DNA from: an uncultured Clostridia bacterium
GTDB taxonomy: Bacteria; Bacillota; Clostridia; Christensenellales; UBA1242
Direction of reading: 5' to 3'
Length of the DNA: 64,000 bases
Assembly: GCA_949949035.1 (NCBI GenBank)
Contig: CATLHJ010000002.1
Location: forward strand, 53,680 to 117,679
How positions within the stretch are numbered: the stretch's first letter is position 1; every line of letters starts with the position of its first letter. The notes under the pieces were generated by a model. It saw only the letters and a list, made by a program, of their open reading frames with translations, was not told the DNA's origin and did not search any database. A program made the translations under genes and the position numbers. Shown here piece by piece: positions 1-10,614 of this stretch.

Positions 1-3000
1 CGGGGTAATTACCAACTGTGCGGTCTTGTCGGATTGGCAATTTGTTCAAGATTTAAGTAATGTTATTAACCCGTTGGATGGTAAAAAATTCACTACCAAT
101 TTGCAATTTAATATGGATGGCTACTTATTTGGCCGTTTACCGTATAACGGGAAAGAAGAAGTGTACTTCTTTGAAACCAGCATGAACAATGATCGCGAAG
201 TGGTCATTGAACGCATTTATAACAGTCACGGTTACCGTTTGATTAAGGTTGGTGATAGTTGGGTAGAGTACGTTGACAAGTACATGAACAATATAGAATT
301 CATTACACCAGATACCACTAATGTTGCTCATTATGACAATTACAGTACCATGATGCGCAACGGGTCGTCGGCGGCGCGGCTGTTGGTTAAGGGAACTAAT
401 GCAGAATTAAATGTTGTATTGGGCGGTCTAGTCGGGCTTAACAGCCACATGGTAACGAACAGTCGCGTTTTAATTGATATTGAATTGACCGATTTGGCAA
501 ACGGTGCCGAAAACGTCGACGATGAAATCAGTGTTAGTTCCGCGATGGTTGGTGGTTTTGTGGGTAACAATGCCAATGGTGCGACAATTACCGCATCTTA
601 CTTCCGTGACGGCAACATTATAAATAATGCTAACGTTGATTCATTGAAAACCGACGCTATTTGCTACTTGGGTGGCTTCGTTGGGCTAAATCAAGGTAAA
701 ATTATGCAATCTTACGCGATGGGGCAATCTACCAATCGTGAAGCCTACGCTCCGAACTTCACCTCGGGTGCGGGTGGTGTAAAAACCAGCCGTAATTCAT
801 TGGGCGGCTTTGTACACCAAAATGAAGGTACTATTACCGATTGCTTGGTTAATGTGGTGATTGAAAAAGGCGGTCTGGATGGCTTCGCCGGTGGGTTTGT
901 TTACCGCAATACGACCAATGGAAAGATTAGTAACTGTGTGGAAAATAACCTTTTGGTCTTAATTGACGAAAGTAGTGCGCCTTTGTATAAACCATTTATC
1001 GCTTTGAATTCAACCATGACGATTGATGATGTTAAAGCGGGAAATAACACCATTACTGATAACTTAACCAACTTGTATTATGCGGGTAACTTGGAAAAAG
1101 TTTCGGCGTCGCAGTTTATTAAAGCGGGAGTTTTAACGCAATTAAGTAATAACAGTACGGCTAAATATTCGGCGATTGACAGTTACCAAGACTTTTCAAT
1201 TGGTCAAGACCGTAAAAAAGTTTGGTACCAAACCGAAGACGGACAAATGATGTATTGGTACATTAGTAACCAAAATACTATTTGGTCAATGACTGACTTG
1301 GGACCGATGTTACGTACACCAAACGACATCGCCATCAGCAGCCGCAAAACCATTGCGCAATCATCACCGTATTTATTTGCTCCGGGAACGGCACGTAACC
1401 CGTATTTGTTGTGGGACAAAGATCAATTCCGTCGTTATGTTTACGAAGCCACGCCAACGGCGACCAAGGCTGACCAAAATGGTACTCGTCAAAACGTAGA
1501 CTTGAATCGTCAAGGAAATAACCTGCGTTTGGTTGACGATGTCACGTTGGATGGTATACAAGATACTTACAAAATTACCTACACGGGTACCTTGGAAGGT
1601 AACGGTTTAACTTTGGGAGGTATTGGTTTATCTTCCGTAGCGACCAACTTGGCGACGGCCGGTTTGTTTGGTAAAACGGAATACGCAACCATCCGTAACA
1701 TTAACTTTGCCTTTAATAATAATATCAACTCAACCGCGCGTTACGTAGGTGGTATTGCGGGCATCAGCATCAACACTAACTTTGTTGACGTTACGATCGA
1801 TGAATCGTCATCCACTATTATGGGCGCGAATATCGTTGGTGGTTTGGTCGGTTTGGCGGTAATCAATGATACCAATGTCGAAAACTATAATATTAACAGT
1901 TCAATTTCGGCAAAGGCCAATTACAGTGAAGGTGTTACTTCGCCGGGGTCCAGCCGCTTTACTTCGGGCGAAGAATACCTGCAACAGACTTTATATTCGC
2001 GTGTAGAATACCGTCAAATTCCCCGTGAACAAGCCTTTGGTACCGCCGGTGGGGTCTTTGGGTTTGTTACTTCTAATCCGAATAACTATAAAGTGTTGGA
2101 TGCTGATGGCAACGCACGTATTGTGACTCGTGAAGCCACCACCCGTTATGAAATAAAAAACACGCTTGATGGTACCGTAGATGTGCAAAACCTCAGCAGC
2201 AAAAACACCGATGCCACCATGTTCCTGCGTGACCGAAATGGTAAGGCGATTGACGACACCAATCTCTATTATACTGACCAAATAGTTTTACGTAACGTCG
2301 GCGGAAATGTGCATGATGTTTCGGGTAACGTCGCCGGTGGTTTAATCGGTATTATGGATGAGACCATTGAATTGCGCGATCCGACTTTGTCGGGATTAAG
2401 TAAATTGACCGGCAAATATTACTTGGGCGGGGTAGTTGGTATCAACTTGGGTAAGATTGCGGGTGGCTCGGTTGCTCAAGTCACCACCAAAGGCACCAGT
2501 GCTTTATCGTTTAATGTCAACAGTTCGGTGAACGGCAGTTACATTTTCCGTTATGATTCGGATGTCGAAAATCCAAAACACTTCTGGGGTATGACGGTCG
2601 GTGCGGTGGCTGCGTACAACAACGGTTTGGCCGATAATGCGAACAGCGGTACTATCGAAAACGTTCAAGTTAACGTCAATGTTTTCAGCACGGGCAACAC
2701 GAACAAAATTTACGTGCTTGGTGGTGTAGTCGGGGAAGCGGGCACCTATTCAACCATTACCGATACGGTTAATGACGTTTTCCGTACCAACAATAATGCG
2801 GTCTTGTTCTCGCCGTCAGACTTTACTAAAGTCGGTTTCTATGTTGGTAAAATTGTCGGTCGTGCCGTACTCAACGCTGATCAAGCCCGTTCGACCATGA
2901 TAATGTTGCCCGCGTCGGAAGAAAACATGTACCAAGCCTGCTACGTAACACCTACAGATTTTGCGACCCCGTATTATAAAATTAACGGTGTTTTGACCAA

Positions 3001-6000
3001 CGCGTTTGGCGTCAATGACGATGGTACCACCTATAAAGTCCAGACGATGACGATGGACGAATACAAGCAATACGTGCTGTACAACTTGGTTAACGGTAAC
3101 GCCACGATTTCGGAAATTGTAGCGGCCTTGGAACCGTGGTATCGCAGCCTGCCCACCTATATTTCCAGCGCGACCATCAACGGCAAAAATGTGTTTGTCG
3201 AAAAATTGACCGAGACTGCCAAAAATGAATTTGTAACTTGGCTAAGTGATAACGAAGTCTTTAACAATTTTAATGCCTTTACCTATACCGAAACTGATAC
3301 CAGTGGCGCAACGGTTACCAAAAATCGCTTACTAAACGATTACGCGGCCTACCTAGATTACTGTGCCATCAGTCCCGTAGACGCGGGTGAAGCCTGGTTC
3401 CGCGAAAACTTAACTGCTTGCCGTGATCAGCGTTACCAACTGGCCAAAGAATTCTTTGCCTATAAAACAAAAGCCGCTGCCAGCAGCAGTCAATACCCTG
3501 CGAACATTTGTTTCACGTGGGCGCAATACGAAAATTATCGCTACCTGTTGGCGGCCTTGAATATGCAAGAAAACAATTACTATCAATGTCTGTATGGCGA
3601 CGAAGTTTTGAAATACAGTGCGGATATCACGTACATTGCGCTGTGGTTAGATGACCAAAACTTGACCGAACTGGGCGAAGCGCAGGGCACTTCGGGCAAC
3701 CGCGTTAAATTGTCGGGCTACGGTGAATTGCAAAACTTGCTGGACGGTCGGGCGGACGATACCATCCAACAGTTCTCGGTGCGCGATCCGTTACAAGCCT
3801 ACATTAACTTTGTGACGGACGGTTATACGTACCGCCGTACATTGGGAACAATCACCGAAACAATAACCCATTCGCCGTACGGTCAACGTGGGCAAGCGTG
3901 GCAAATGACGTTCAAACAATACGTGCACTTCGTCAACACGATTGCGGGTAACGAATACGGTAACGAAGAAGCCAAAGGTAAATACGACGCGGACTTGATT
4001 GCTGATTATTTCTATTCCTGCTATAACTTAAACCAAGCCGCCAGTTCCGCCATTAACTTGAACGATTATATGGTGTACAAAATTACCGAAATACCTACCG
4101 TTTTGAAAGGTGAATTGGCGTGGATCAAGACCGGTCACCAACAAGGCGACGTCCAACTGGGTAACGTTGGTGCGGTGGAATTGGGCTGGGTGGCTAACGA
4201 AACGACTTGGAAAGATTTGTTGAAGGATACCGCAAAGGTTAAAGTTGAACAACGCGACAATGAAATCGTGTACCTTAATACCCAAGATGGTACACAAGTA
4301 CAAAAAATTTGGGATGCGGCTAACCAATACGAATTGGCGCGCACCCAAGGTTTGGACATCGTCAAGTACCAAGAAATTTGCCGTCTGGGCGGTAGCCTGT
4401 ACGAACTGCGTAAAACGCGCGTCGTAGATGGCAAAACCGAATATATTTACGCGACCGCGGACGCCTATATCTTCTCCTTGAAAGCCGCGCAGTATGGTTG
4501 GACGCCCGACCAAACCAGTTTCATTTCGGGTACCTTCGGTTTGGATAACATCCGTTACGCGCTGTCGGCGACTTATTACGGTAACATCTTGCAACAAACC
4601 TTGGATAACGTCGTGGCCGTGGATACCACCCGCGTAAGACAACACAAATTTGTTGGTAATCGGTGGTTCTATGACGCCAACGATGATGGCGATGAGTTTG
4701 ATACCGATACCGACCGTAAAGGCACGTGGCAGTTAAACGTTGCTGGCGGTAATGTGGGACACACCTTTACTAACGGTGACGGCCAAGTTTATACTTTCGT
4801 CAAGAATCAGGCCATTGACTTGCGCGAAAACACCGATCCAACCAAAGGCAGGGTGCAGGGTGCCGCGTTGTACGTGGACGCGGACGGCGACAAAATGTTT
4901 ACCCTTGACGATGCCGACCAAGCCATTGGCAGTGGTGACAGCCTGGTGCTGTACGAAGTTGCCGAAAGCGAAAACCCTGAATTCAAACAAGACATCAAAG
5001 ACGAAAAGGGCAAAGTTACGGGTACCAAATACTTCAAAATCAGTCGCCGCATATTGCCGAAGGCGGATCGCCAGACCACCAATATCCAAAACGAATATAC
5101 GGATAACACAGCCGATTACTTGGAAGAAGCATTGTGGTGGCAAAGCCAAGGCTTCACCGCCGACCAATTCGACCAAATTAAAGACCACGCCATGCGCGCC
5201 AGCATCCCCGAAGCGGGACAGGTGGTTTTGCAACGCACCGGCACCAATACTTACCAAGTCATGGATCGTGGGGTGGGCTTTACGGTGGCCGATGACTGGT
5301 ACGCCGCGGCCAACGGTGAAACCTACGGCTTCCGTACCGAACGTTTCAGCACCACCGATTATACCACCATTGTCACTAACGCCCAATACGCCACCCGAAC
5401 CGACGCAACCAGCGGTAAAACCACCAATTATTGGTGGTACAGTACCTACGCGGATTATGTTTTGTTCCGCGGCCTGTTAAATGCGGACACCCTGAACGCG
5501 GGCGGCAGTGGCAGTGATTCAATGAAAATCGACGACGCCGAAACCTTGGCCAAAGAATACCTGCCATATCCCGACAATGGCCAACCGTGGTGGGCGCAAC
5601 GACCCGACAACGCGTGGTACGTTGATAACCCGTTTGGTAAAACAGAAAACAGGATGGATGATTTCGTGAATAAGCTGGTGGATGAAAAGGTGTTGGCCTC
5701 GGCCATGGAATTCGGCAGTGACAAAGAAGCGTATTTGAAATTGTTGGCCACGGGGCATACTACCGCGGATTACGTCGCTTGGGCCAAAAATTCCGTCCGT
5801 TCCGCCACGCCTAAAGGTGAATATTTCCGCATGAACCATTACATTTATTGGCAATCGCAAAATAAAGGCGATTTAATTGGTACCAAGGTGACCAATTTCT
5901 GTTTCGCCCTGCAACAAAGCAACCGCGAACTCATTTATTACACGGGCGTTACCCAAGAAGCCCGTACCACCGAATTGTTGGCTTTCAAAGAAGAATGGGA

Positions 6001-7150
6001 CGGTTACATCACCTTCGATAATTACCAAGAATGGCTGAACGTTTACGCGCACGGTGATGATTTCAAAACCGACCGCGGGGAATTGATGGAAGGCCAAGAA
6101 GCCAGTGCCGAGGGGTGGTTAACCATTTACGCCTTTGCGACCTGGAAACGTATGGAGAAGTACGAAAACCACGTGGAATACGTGAACAAAAGCAGTACCA
6201 ACGCGGGCATTACCCAAATTGCCGAACCTAAATTGAACCGTAAAATCAGTACCACCGTGTTCCCCAAAATCGCCAGCAGTGGTAACGCCAACGGAGCGGG
6301 CGGCAAACCCACTTTGCCCAACTTATTGCCTGACGATAATATCGTGATGACCAATGCCCTGAAGGAATGGTACGGTTGGTATAGCGAAAAGCAAGTGCTT
6401 ACCGAAGATAAGAACGGTTCCATTGAATACAACGGAAAAAAATACAAAGAAACCAAAGCGGGTGTTTATTACAACATGCCGACCGATCGTCAACGTCCGT
6501 TCCTGGACCGTTACGAATACAACGAAAAGTACTTGGCGGCCTATTACGACCCGACCACCGAAACCACCACTGCTTACACCGTGCGTCCAATAGGCAAGTG
6601 GTCAGGTGGTATGACTGAAGAAGACTGGGAATGGGCAAATCGTTATCAAGAAGATAATCCCTCACGAGACGAAGGTCATGATACTTATCGAAGACTTATG
6701 CTTGACGAAACGCAGTTCGTTGTACGTACTGAACGTAAGGACAAGGATGGTAATACAATGACGGATAAGGGTAAAATTCTTTACAACTACGAAAAAAAAC
6801 TGGGTACTTACTTTACCCAACTGTACGTGCCGTTCGATTACTTCAAACGCGCTTGCCAAATGATTCAATCAATGTACAGTGCCGACAACGATTACGCCGG
6901 TTACCATAATTATATGCACTACTGGGCGAAAAACGGCCAATGGAACTGGATTGCGGATAACAGCGAGTGCCCCGATATTGAATACGAAACGACTGGACCG
7001 TACCCCAGCCAAGATGCGCAGGGCAAGGAAACGCAATATGTGTTCAAGGCCGTTCAATATACTTACCGGAATACGAGTTTCTGGAACGACTTTAAACCAG
7101 AAAATGACAAGGACGCCATTGGTAGAGAAAAGCAAACCATTAACTGGTAA
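1..7150 (+). CDS. Very large (>2370 aa) surface/secreted protein with GLUG-like GG(L/F)VG repeats; 5'-truncated by the window edge
   Basis: Frame is open from position 2. Repeated GGLVGxN/GGFVGxN motifs and a GTxxNPY...DDVTL...GTLEGNG module occur in the N-terminal ~950 aa; the C-terminal part is unrecognised. Confidence 0.8.
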   Translation, partial: GVITNCAVLSDWQFVQDLSNVINPLDGKKFTTNLQFNMDGYLFGRLPYNGKEEVYFFETSMNNDREVVIERIYNSHGYRLIKVGDSWVEYVDKYMNNIEFITPDTTNVAHYDNYSTMMRNGSSAARLLVKGTNAELNVVLGGLVGLNSHMVTNSRVLIDIELTDLANGAENVDDEISVSSAMVGGFVGNNANGATITASYFRDGNIINNANVDSLKTDAICYLGGFVGLNQGKIMQSYAMGQSTNREAYAPNFTSGAGGVKTSRNSLGGFVHQNEGTITDCLVNVVIEKGGLDGFAGGFVYRNTTNGKISNCVENNLLVLIDESSAPLYKPFIALNSTMTIDDVKAGNNTITDNLTNLYYAGNLEKVSASQFIKAGVLTQLSNNSTAKYSAIDSYQDFSIGQDRKKVWYQTEDGQMMYWYISNQNTIWSMTDLGPMLRTPNDIAISSRKTIAQSSPYLFAPGTARNPYLLWDKDQFRRYVYEATPTATKADQNGTRQNVDLNRQGNNLRLVDDVTLDGIQDTYKITYTGTLEGNGLTLGGIGLSSVATNLATAGLFGKTEYATIRNINFAFNNNINSTARYVGGIAGISINTNFVDVTIDESSSTIMGANIVGGLVGLAVINDTNVENYNINSSISAKANYSEGVTSPGSSRFTSGEEYLQQTLYSRVEYRQIPREQAFGTAGGVFGFVTSNPNNYKVLDADGNARIVTREATTRYEIKNTLDGTVDVQNLSSKNTDATMFLRDRNGKAIDDTNLYYTDQIVLRNVGGNVHDVSGNVAGGLIGIMDETIELRDPTLSGLSKLTGKYYLGGVVGINLGKIAGGSVAQVTTKGTSALSFNVNSSVNGSYIFRYDSDVENPKHFWGMTVGAVAAYNNGLADNANSGTIENVQVNVNVFSTGNTNKIYVLGGVVGEAGTYSTITDTVNDVFRTNNNAVLFSPSDFTKVGFYVGKIVGRAVLNADQARSTMIMLPASEENMYQACYVTPTDFATPYYKINGVLTNAFGVNDDGTTYKVQTMTMDEYKQYVLYNLVNGNATISEIVAALEPWYRSLPTYISSATINGKNVFVEKLTETAKNEFVTWLSDNEVFNNFNAFTYTETDTSGATVTKNRLLNDYAAYLDYCAISPVDAGEAWFRENLTACRDQRYQLAKEFFAYKTKAAASSSQYPANICFTWAQYENYRYLLAALNMQENNYYQCLYGDEVLKYSADITYIALWLDDQNLTELGEAQGTSGNRVKLSGYGELQNLLDGRADDTIQQFSVRDPLQAYINFVTDGYTYRRTLGTITETITHSPYGQRGQAWQMTFKQYVHFVNTIAGNEYGNEEAKGKYDADLIADYFYSCYNLNQAASSAINLNDYMVYKITEIPTVLKGELAWIKTGHQQGDVQLGNVGAVELGWVANETTWKDLLKDTAKVKVEQRDNEIVYLNTQDGTQVQKIWDAANQYELARTQGLDIVKYQEICRLGGSLYELRKTRVVDGKTEYIYATADAYIFSLKAAQYGWTPDQTSFISGTFGLDNIRYALSATYYGNILQQTLDNVVAVDTTRVRQHKFVGNRWFYDANDDGDEFDTDTDRKGTWQLNVAGGNVGHTFTNGDGQVYTFVKNQAIDLRENTDPTKGRVQGAALYVDADGDKMFTLDDADQAIGSGDSLVLYEVAESENPEFKQDIKDEKGKVTGTKYFKISRRILPKADRQTTNIQNEYTDNTADYLEEALWWQSQGFTADQFDQIKDHAMRASIPEAGQVVLQRTGTNTYQVMDRGVGFTVADDWYAAANGETYGFRTERFSTTDYTTIVTNAQYATRTDATSGKTTNYWWYSTYADYVLFRGLLNADTLNAGGSGSDSMKIDDAETLAKEYLPYPDNGQPWWAQRPDNAWYVDNPFGKTENRMDDFVNKLVDEKVLASAMEFGSDKEAYLKLLATGHTTADYVAWAKNSVRSATPKGEYFRMNHYIYWQSQNKGDLIGTKVTNFCFALQQSNRELIYYTGVTQEARTTELLAFKEEWDGYITFDNYQEWLNVYAHGDDFKTDRGELMEGQEASAEGWLTIYAFATWKRMEKYENHVEYVNKSSTNAGITQIAEPKLNRKISTTVFPKIASSGNANGAGGKPTLPNLLPDDNIVMTNALKEWYGWYSEKQVLTEDKNGSIEYNGKKYKETKAGVYYNMPTDRQRPFLDRYEYNEKYLAAYYDPTTETTTAYTVRPIGKWSGGMTEEDWEWANRYQEDNPSRDEGHDTYRRLMLDETQFVVRTERKDKDGNTMTDKGKILYNYEKKLGTYFTQLYVPFDYFKRACQMIQSMYSADNDYAGYHNYMHYWAKNGQWNWIADNSECPDIEYETTGPYPSQDAQGKETQYVFKAVQYTYRNTSFWNDFKPENDKDAIGREKQTINW

Positions 7151-7176
7151 TTCTTGGTGCGGGGTAGTGACCTAAC

Positions 7177-7206
7177 AAAAAACAACGTCGATTGACGTTG
7201 CTTTTT
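7177..7206. terminator. Bidirectional intrinsic terminator
   Basis: CAACGTC-GATT-GACGTTG stem flanked by A and T runs between convergent genes. Confidence 0.7.
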
Positions 7207-7223
7207 ACATTTTTTGTAATCGT

Positions 7224-8213
7224 TTACAGCGTGCGGTCGTCGATGGTTTTGGTTTGCTGCTCAATCACTGCTTGGATCTTATCATTAAAAGATAAAGTTC
7301 TTCGTTTCGTTAAACTGTTGATTTGGGCTTGATTTATGCCACGTTGGATAGCCATATCATGTAGTCCGTACAAACTTTCGTTATACAAGGCTAACTCGAC
7401 GGCTTTTTTTAATAGGCCTTGGTCGGCGAATGTTTCACGTGCAACAATTGCTAATGATTGGTTCATATATTGGTTCGTGTTTTGGGTCAGTTCTTGGTAA
7501 CTGATGTTAGCATCGGCTAACTTTCCAGTTAAAAAAAAGCTACCTTCTTTCATATCACCGTTATTTGACGGGAAATCATCACCGTAGTAGGTATTGGCAA
7601 ACCCCCCCAAGGAGCGGTTATAGGCCGCGTGAGATAATTGATAGTAACTACATTTGTATTTCATATAAGTTTCCACATCGGTTTTTAATGTTTTTTCCAT
7701 TACGGCAAAGTATTGGGCAAAGTTTTCGCTATTGTTTTTTACATTGTCACCGATGTATTGTTGGTCATTGGTACTTTTCTTTAAGGCCGTGTCCAAGGTT
7801 TTATAGAAATCGTTGCTCTCGATTTGGTCGGGCGTTACCTTGTCGTGTAAGTCCTTCTGCAATTCAGCCACTTTCTGCTTCATATATTTTTGGGCATCGG
7901 CAAAAGCGTCATCAAATTTTTTGTCACGATGATCGGGTGAGAGCCAAGTCTGGTCTTTTTTATCAGCAAAGCATTGTCCCAGGTAGTCGCCGGTCACATA
8001 GTAGTCGGGGAAAGCAGTGGTGATATCGCCTTTATCTTTATCTTTGTCTTTATTGGGGTCATCGCCGGTATCATGCCAATCGTCTTCAATGGTTGTGTTG
8101 CCCGTTGGGCTGGGGCAACCCGTAAGCCCCGTGATTAACGCGGTCGCCAAAACGCCGGCCTGTAAACCTTTCGTAAAATATTTGCCTAATTTTTTTAATT
8201 TATTATTTTCCAT
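7224..8213 (-). CDS. Hypothetical lipoprotein
   Basis: Basic N-terminus, hydrophobic stretch and lipobox LTGC; promoter TTGACT-17-TATATT ends 7 nt before the ATG. Confidence 0.75.
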   Translation of the reverse strand: MENNKLKKLGKYFTKGLQAGVLATALITGLTGCPSPTGNTTIEDDWHDTGDDPNKDKDKDKGDITTAFPDYYVTGDYLGQCFADKKDQTWLSPDHRDKKFDDAFADAQKYMKQKVAELQKDLHDKVTPDQIESNDFYKTLDTALKKSTNDQQYIGDNVKNNSENFAQYFAVMEKTLKTDVETYMKYKCSYYQLSHAAYNRSLGGFANTYYGDDFPSNNGDMKEGSFFLTGKLADANISYQELTQNTNQYMNQSLAIVARETFADQGLLKKAVELALYNESLYGLHDMAIQRGINQAQINSLTKRRTLSFNDKIQAVIEQQTKTIDDRTL

Positions 8214-8409
8214 ACTTTATAATATACGCGCTTCCTGTGGCAAAGTCAACCCTTTATCCAATTTATTTTCGCCAATTTGCCACCCCCGCGCCCCCACGAC
8301 CTTGATTACCCCGCCGGTAGTGGTTGCCAAACCATAAAAACCACCAGACGCGGGGCGGGTCGGGGTTTTCCCTTGTCAAAAACACCCCAAAAGAGTTACC
8401 ATATCGCGT

Positions 8410-10605
8410 ATGATTATCGAAGCCGTGGTTGCGTCCGTGGTGTACAGTAACGCCGACAGTGGCTATACCGTGTTGCGGTTAGACAACAATTTGGTGGCCG
8501 TTGGTATCGCACCGTTCGCCACGGTCGGGGCGGGGTATCGTTTTGTCGGCGAATTCGTCAACAACGCCAAGCACGGCAAGCAGTTTGCGTTCAGTGCGAT
8601 TACCTTATTACCGCCCGATACGGAAGCCAAAATTTTGGCTTTTTTGGGTGGGGGCTTATTACCCGGTGTGGGACCCGCGACCGCCCGCAAAATCGTGAAG
8701 CACTTCGGCACGCGGACTTTGGACGTCATCGCCAACGAGCCACAGGCCTTGGCACAAGTACGGGGTATTTCAGCACTTAAAGCCAAAATAATTGCCGCCA
8801 ATTACCGCACCATTTGCCAAATGCAAGACGTGATGATGTGGCTGTACCGTTTCGACATCAGTTTGAACTTGGCGCAAAAAATTTACCAACATTACGGCGA
8901 CGATACGATCGCCACGGTCGCCAAAAACCCGTACGTCTTAATTGAAACCATTGACGGGATTGGCTTTACCACCGCCGACAACATGGCGAAAACCTTGGGC
9001 GTGGCCTATAACGGGACGTTCCGCGTACGGGCGGGGGTGGTGCACATCTTAAAGGTCAGCGCCGAAACCGACGGGCACACTTACGTGGCGTTAACGGACC
9101 TGATTGGTAAGGTCTGTCGTTTATTACGCATTAAAATGGAAGAGTTGACCCCGACCTTTAACACGATTATTAACGAGTTATGTATGGACCGGGTAGTGGT
9201 GGCCGTCACGATCGACGGTGAACCCGGCATCCAGTTAATTCGTTTCTTTAACGCCGAAAAGTCAATTGCCCAAAAGTTGCATCTGTTAATGCAGGAGCCG
9301 AAAGTGCCCGACCGTGTGGACGAGTTAATCGCCCACTACGAGCAGTTGCGGGGGCTTACTTTTCACACCACCCAAAAGCAGGCGATCAAGCAGGCGGTCA
9401 GTGGCGGGGTTACCGTCATCACGGGCGGGCCCGGCACCGGTAAGACCACGATTATTAACGCGATTTTGTACATTAATCAAGCCAATCAATTAACTACCCA
9501 ACTTTTGGCGCCGACGGGACGGGCGGCCAAGCGCATAGAAGAGGCCACGGGGCAATCGGCGATGACCATTCACCGCTGCTTGGATATGGACTACAAAATG
9601 GGTGCGGGCAAGTTTACTTATGACGACCCAAATCACTTTATTCGCCAAGATATGGTAATTGTCGACGAAGTGTCGATGTGCGATTGTCTGCTGACCGCGT
9701 CGTTATTGCGGAAAATTTTGGTTGGCACCAAAGTGGTCTTGATTGGTGACATTGACCAGTTACCATCGGTTGGGGCGGGGAATGTTCTGTCAGACATTAT
9801 TACGTCGGGCGTGGTGCCGACCATTCGCTTGACCCAAATTTACCGCACGGCGGAAAACGCGACGATTGCGATTAACGCTCACCGCATTAACAACGGGGAA
9901 ATGCCTTTGCTGGATAACAAAAGCAGTGACTTCTTTTATTGTAATGTCGAAACGCCAGAACTGATTAAAGACGAAATATTGGGGTTGTGTTTAACACGAT
10001 TACCACAATATCTTGGGGTCGACCACGGTAAGATACAGGTTTTGGCGCCGATGAAGTTGGGGGCGGCGGGGGTAATCAATTTGAATCAATGTTTGCAAGC
10101 CGCGCTTAATCCGCCTGGCGACAACAAGGACGAATACTCTTACGGCGACACGATTTTCCGTTTGGGCGACCGCGTGATGCACACGGTAAACAATTACCAG
10201 CAGGAATGGACCCGCAACCACGAACAAGGTAAAGGTATTTTTAACGGGGACATTGGCAAAATTGTGGCCATTAACGCGGACAACGGCGAAATTACCGTCG
10301 AGTTGGAAGACGGGCGGGTTACTATTTACCCGCGTTCCGATTTAAGCGCGTTGACTTTGTCCTACGCGATTACGGTGCATAAAAGTCAGGGGTGCGAATT
10401 TGATGCAGTGGTAATTCCCGTAGTGGCGGGGGCGTACATGATTATGACCCGCAATCTTTTGTATACGGCGGTCACGCGCGCCAAACGGTTAGTGGTTTTG
10501 GTTGGTAAAACCGAAAACATCCAAAAAATGGTGGCGAATACTTACACCAAAAAACGTAACAGTTGCCTGAATAAATATTTACAATATTTTCAAGATATGG
10601 CATAA
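8410..10605 (+). CDS. recD2: ATP-dependent RecD2-like DNA helicase
   Basis: N-terminal OB/HhH region, Walker A GGPGTGKT, VDEVSM, YAITVHKSQG, LLYTAVTRAK. Confidence 0.95.
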   Translation: MIIEAVVASVVYSNADSGYTVLRLDNNLVAVGIAPFATVGAGYRFVGEFVNNAKHGKQFAFSAITLLPPDTEAKILAFLGGGLLPGVGPATARKIVKHFGTRTLDVIANEPQALAQVRGISALKAKIIAANYRTICQMQDVMMWLYRFDISLNLAQKIYQHYGDDTIATVAKNPYVLIETIDGIGFTTADNMAKTLGVAYNGTFRVRAGVVHILKVSAETDGHTYVALTDLIGKVCRLLRIKMEELTPTFNTIINELCMDRVVVAVTIDGEPGIQLIRFFNAEKSIAQKLHLLMQEPKVPDRVDELIAHYEQLRGLTFHTTQKQAIKQAVSGGVTVITGGPGTGKTTIINAILYINQANQLTTQLLAPTGRAAKRIEEATGQSAMTIHRCLDMDYKMGAGKFTYDDPNHFIRQDMVIVDEVSMCDCLLTASLLRKILVGTKVVLIGDIDQLPSVGAGNVLSDIITSGVVPTIRLTQIYRTAENATIAINAHRINNGEMPLLDNKSSDFFYCNVETPELIKDEILGLCLTRLPQYLGVDHGKIQVLAPMKLGAAGVINLNQCLQAALNPPGDNKDEYSYGDTIFRLGDRVMHTVNNYQQEWTRNHEQGKGIFNGDIGKIVAINADNGEITVELEDGRVTIYPRSDLSALTLSYAITVHKSQGCEFDAVVIPVVAGAYMIMTRNLLYTAVTRAKRLVVLVGKTENIQKMVANTYTKKRNSCLNKYLQYFQDMA

Positions 10606-10614
10606 TAACGAGTA

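Noticed and set aside
4028-5860. Long antisense and alternative-frame ORFs (e.g. 4028-4645, 4733-5386, 4740-5480; also 54030-54713)
   Set aside because: Shadows of strongly biased coding sequence; no motifs or start signals.
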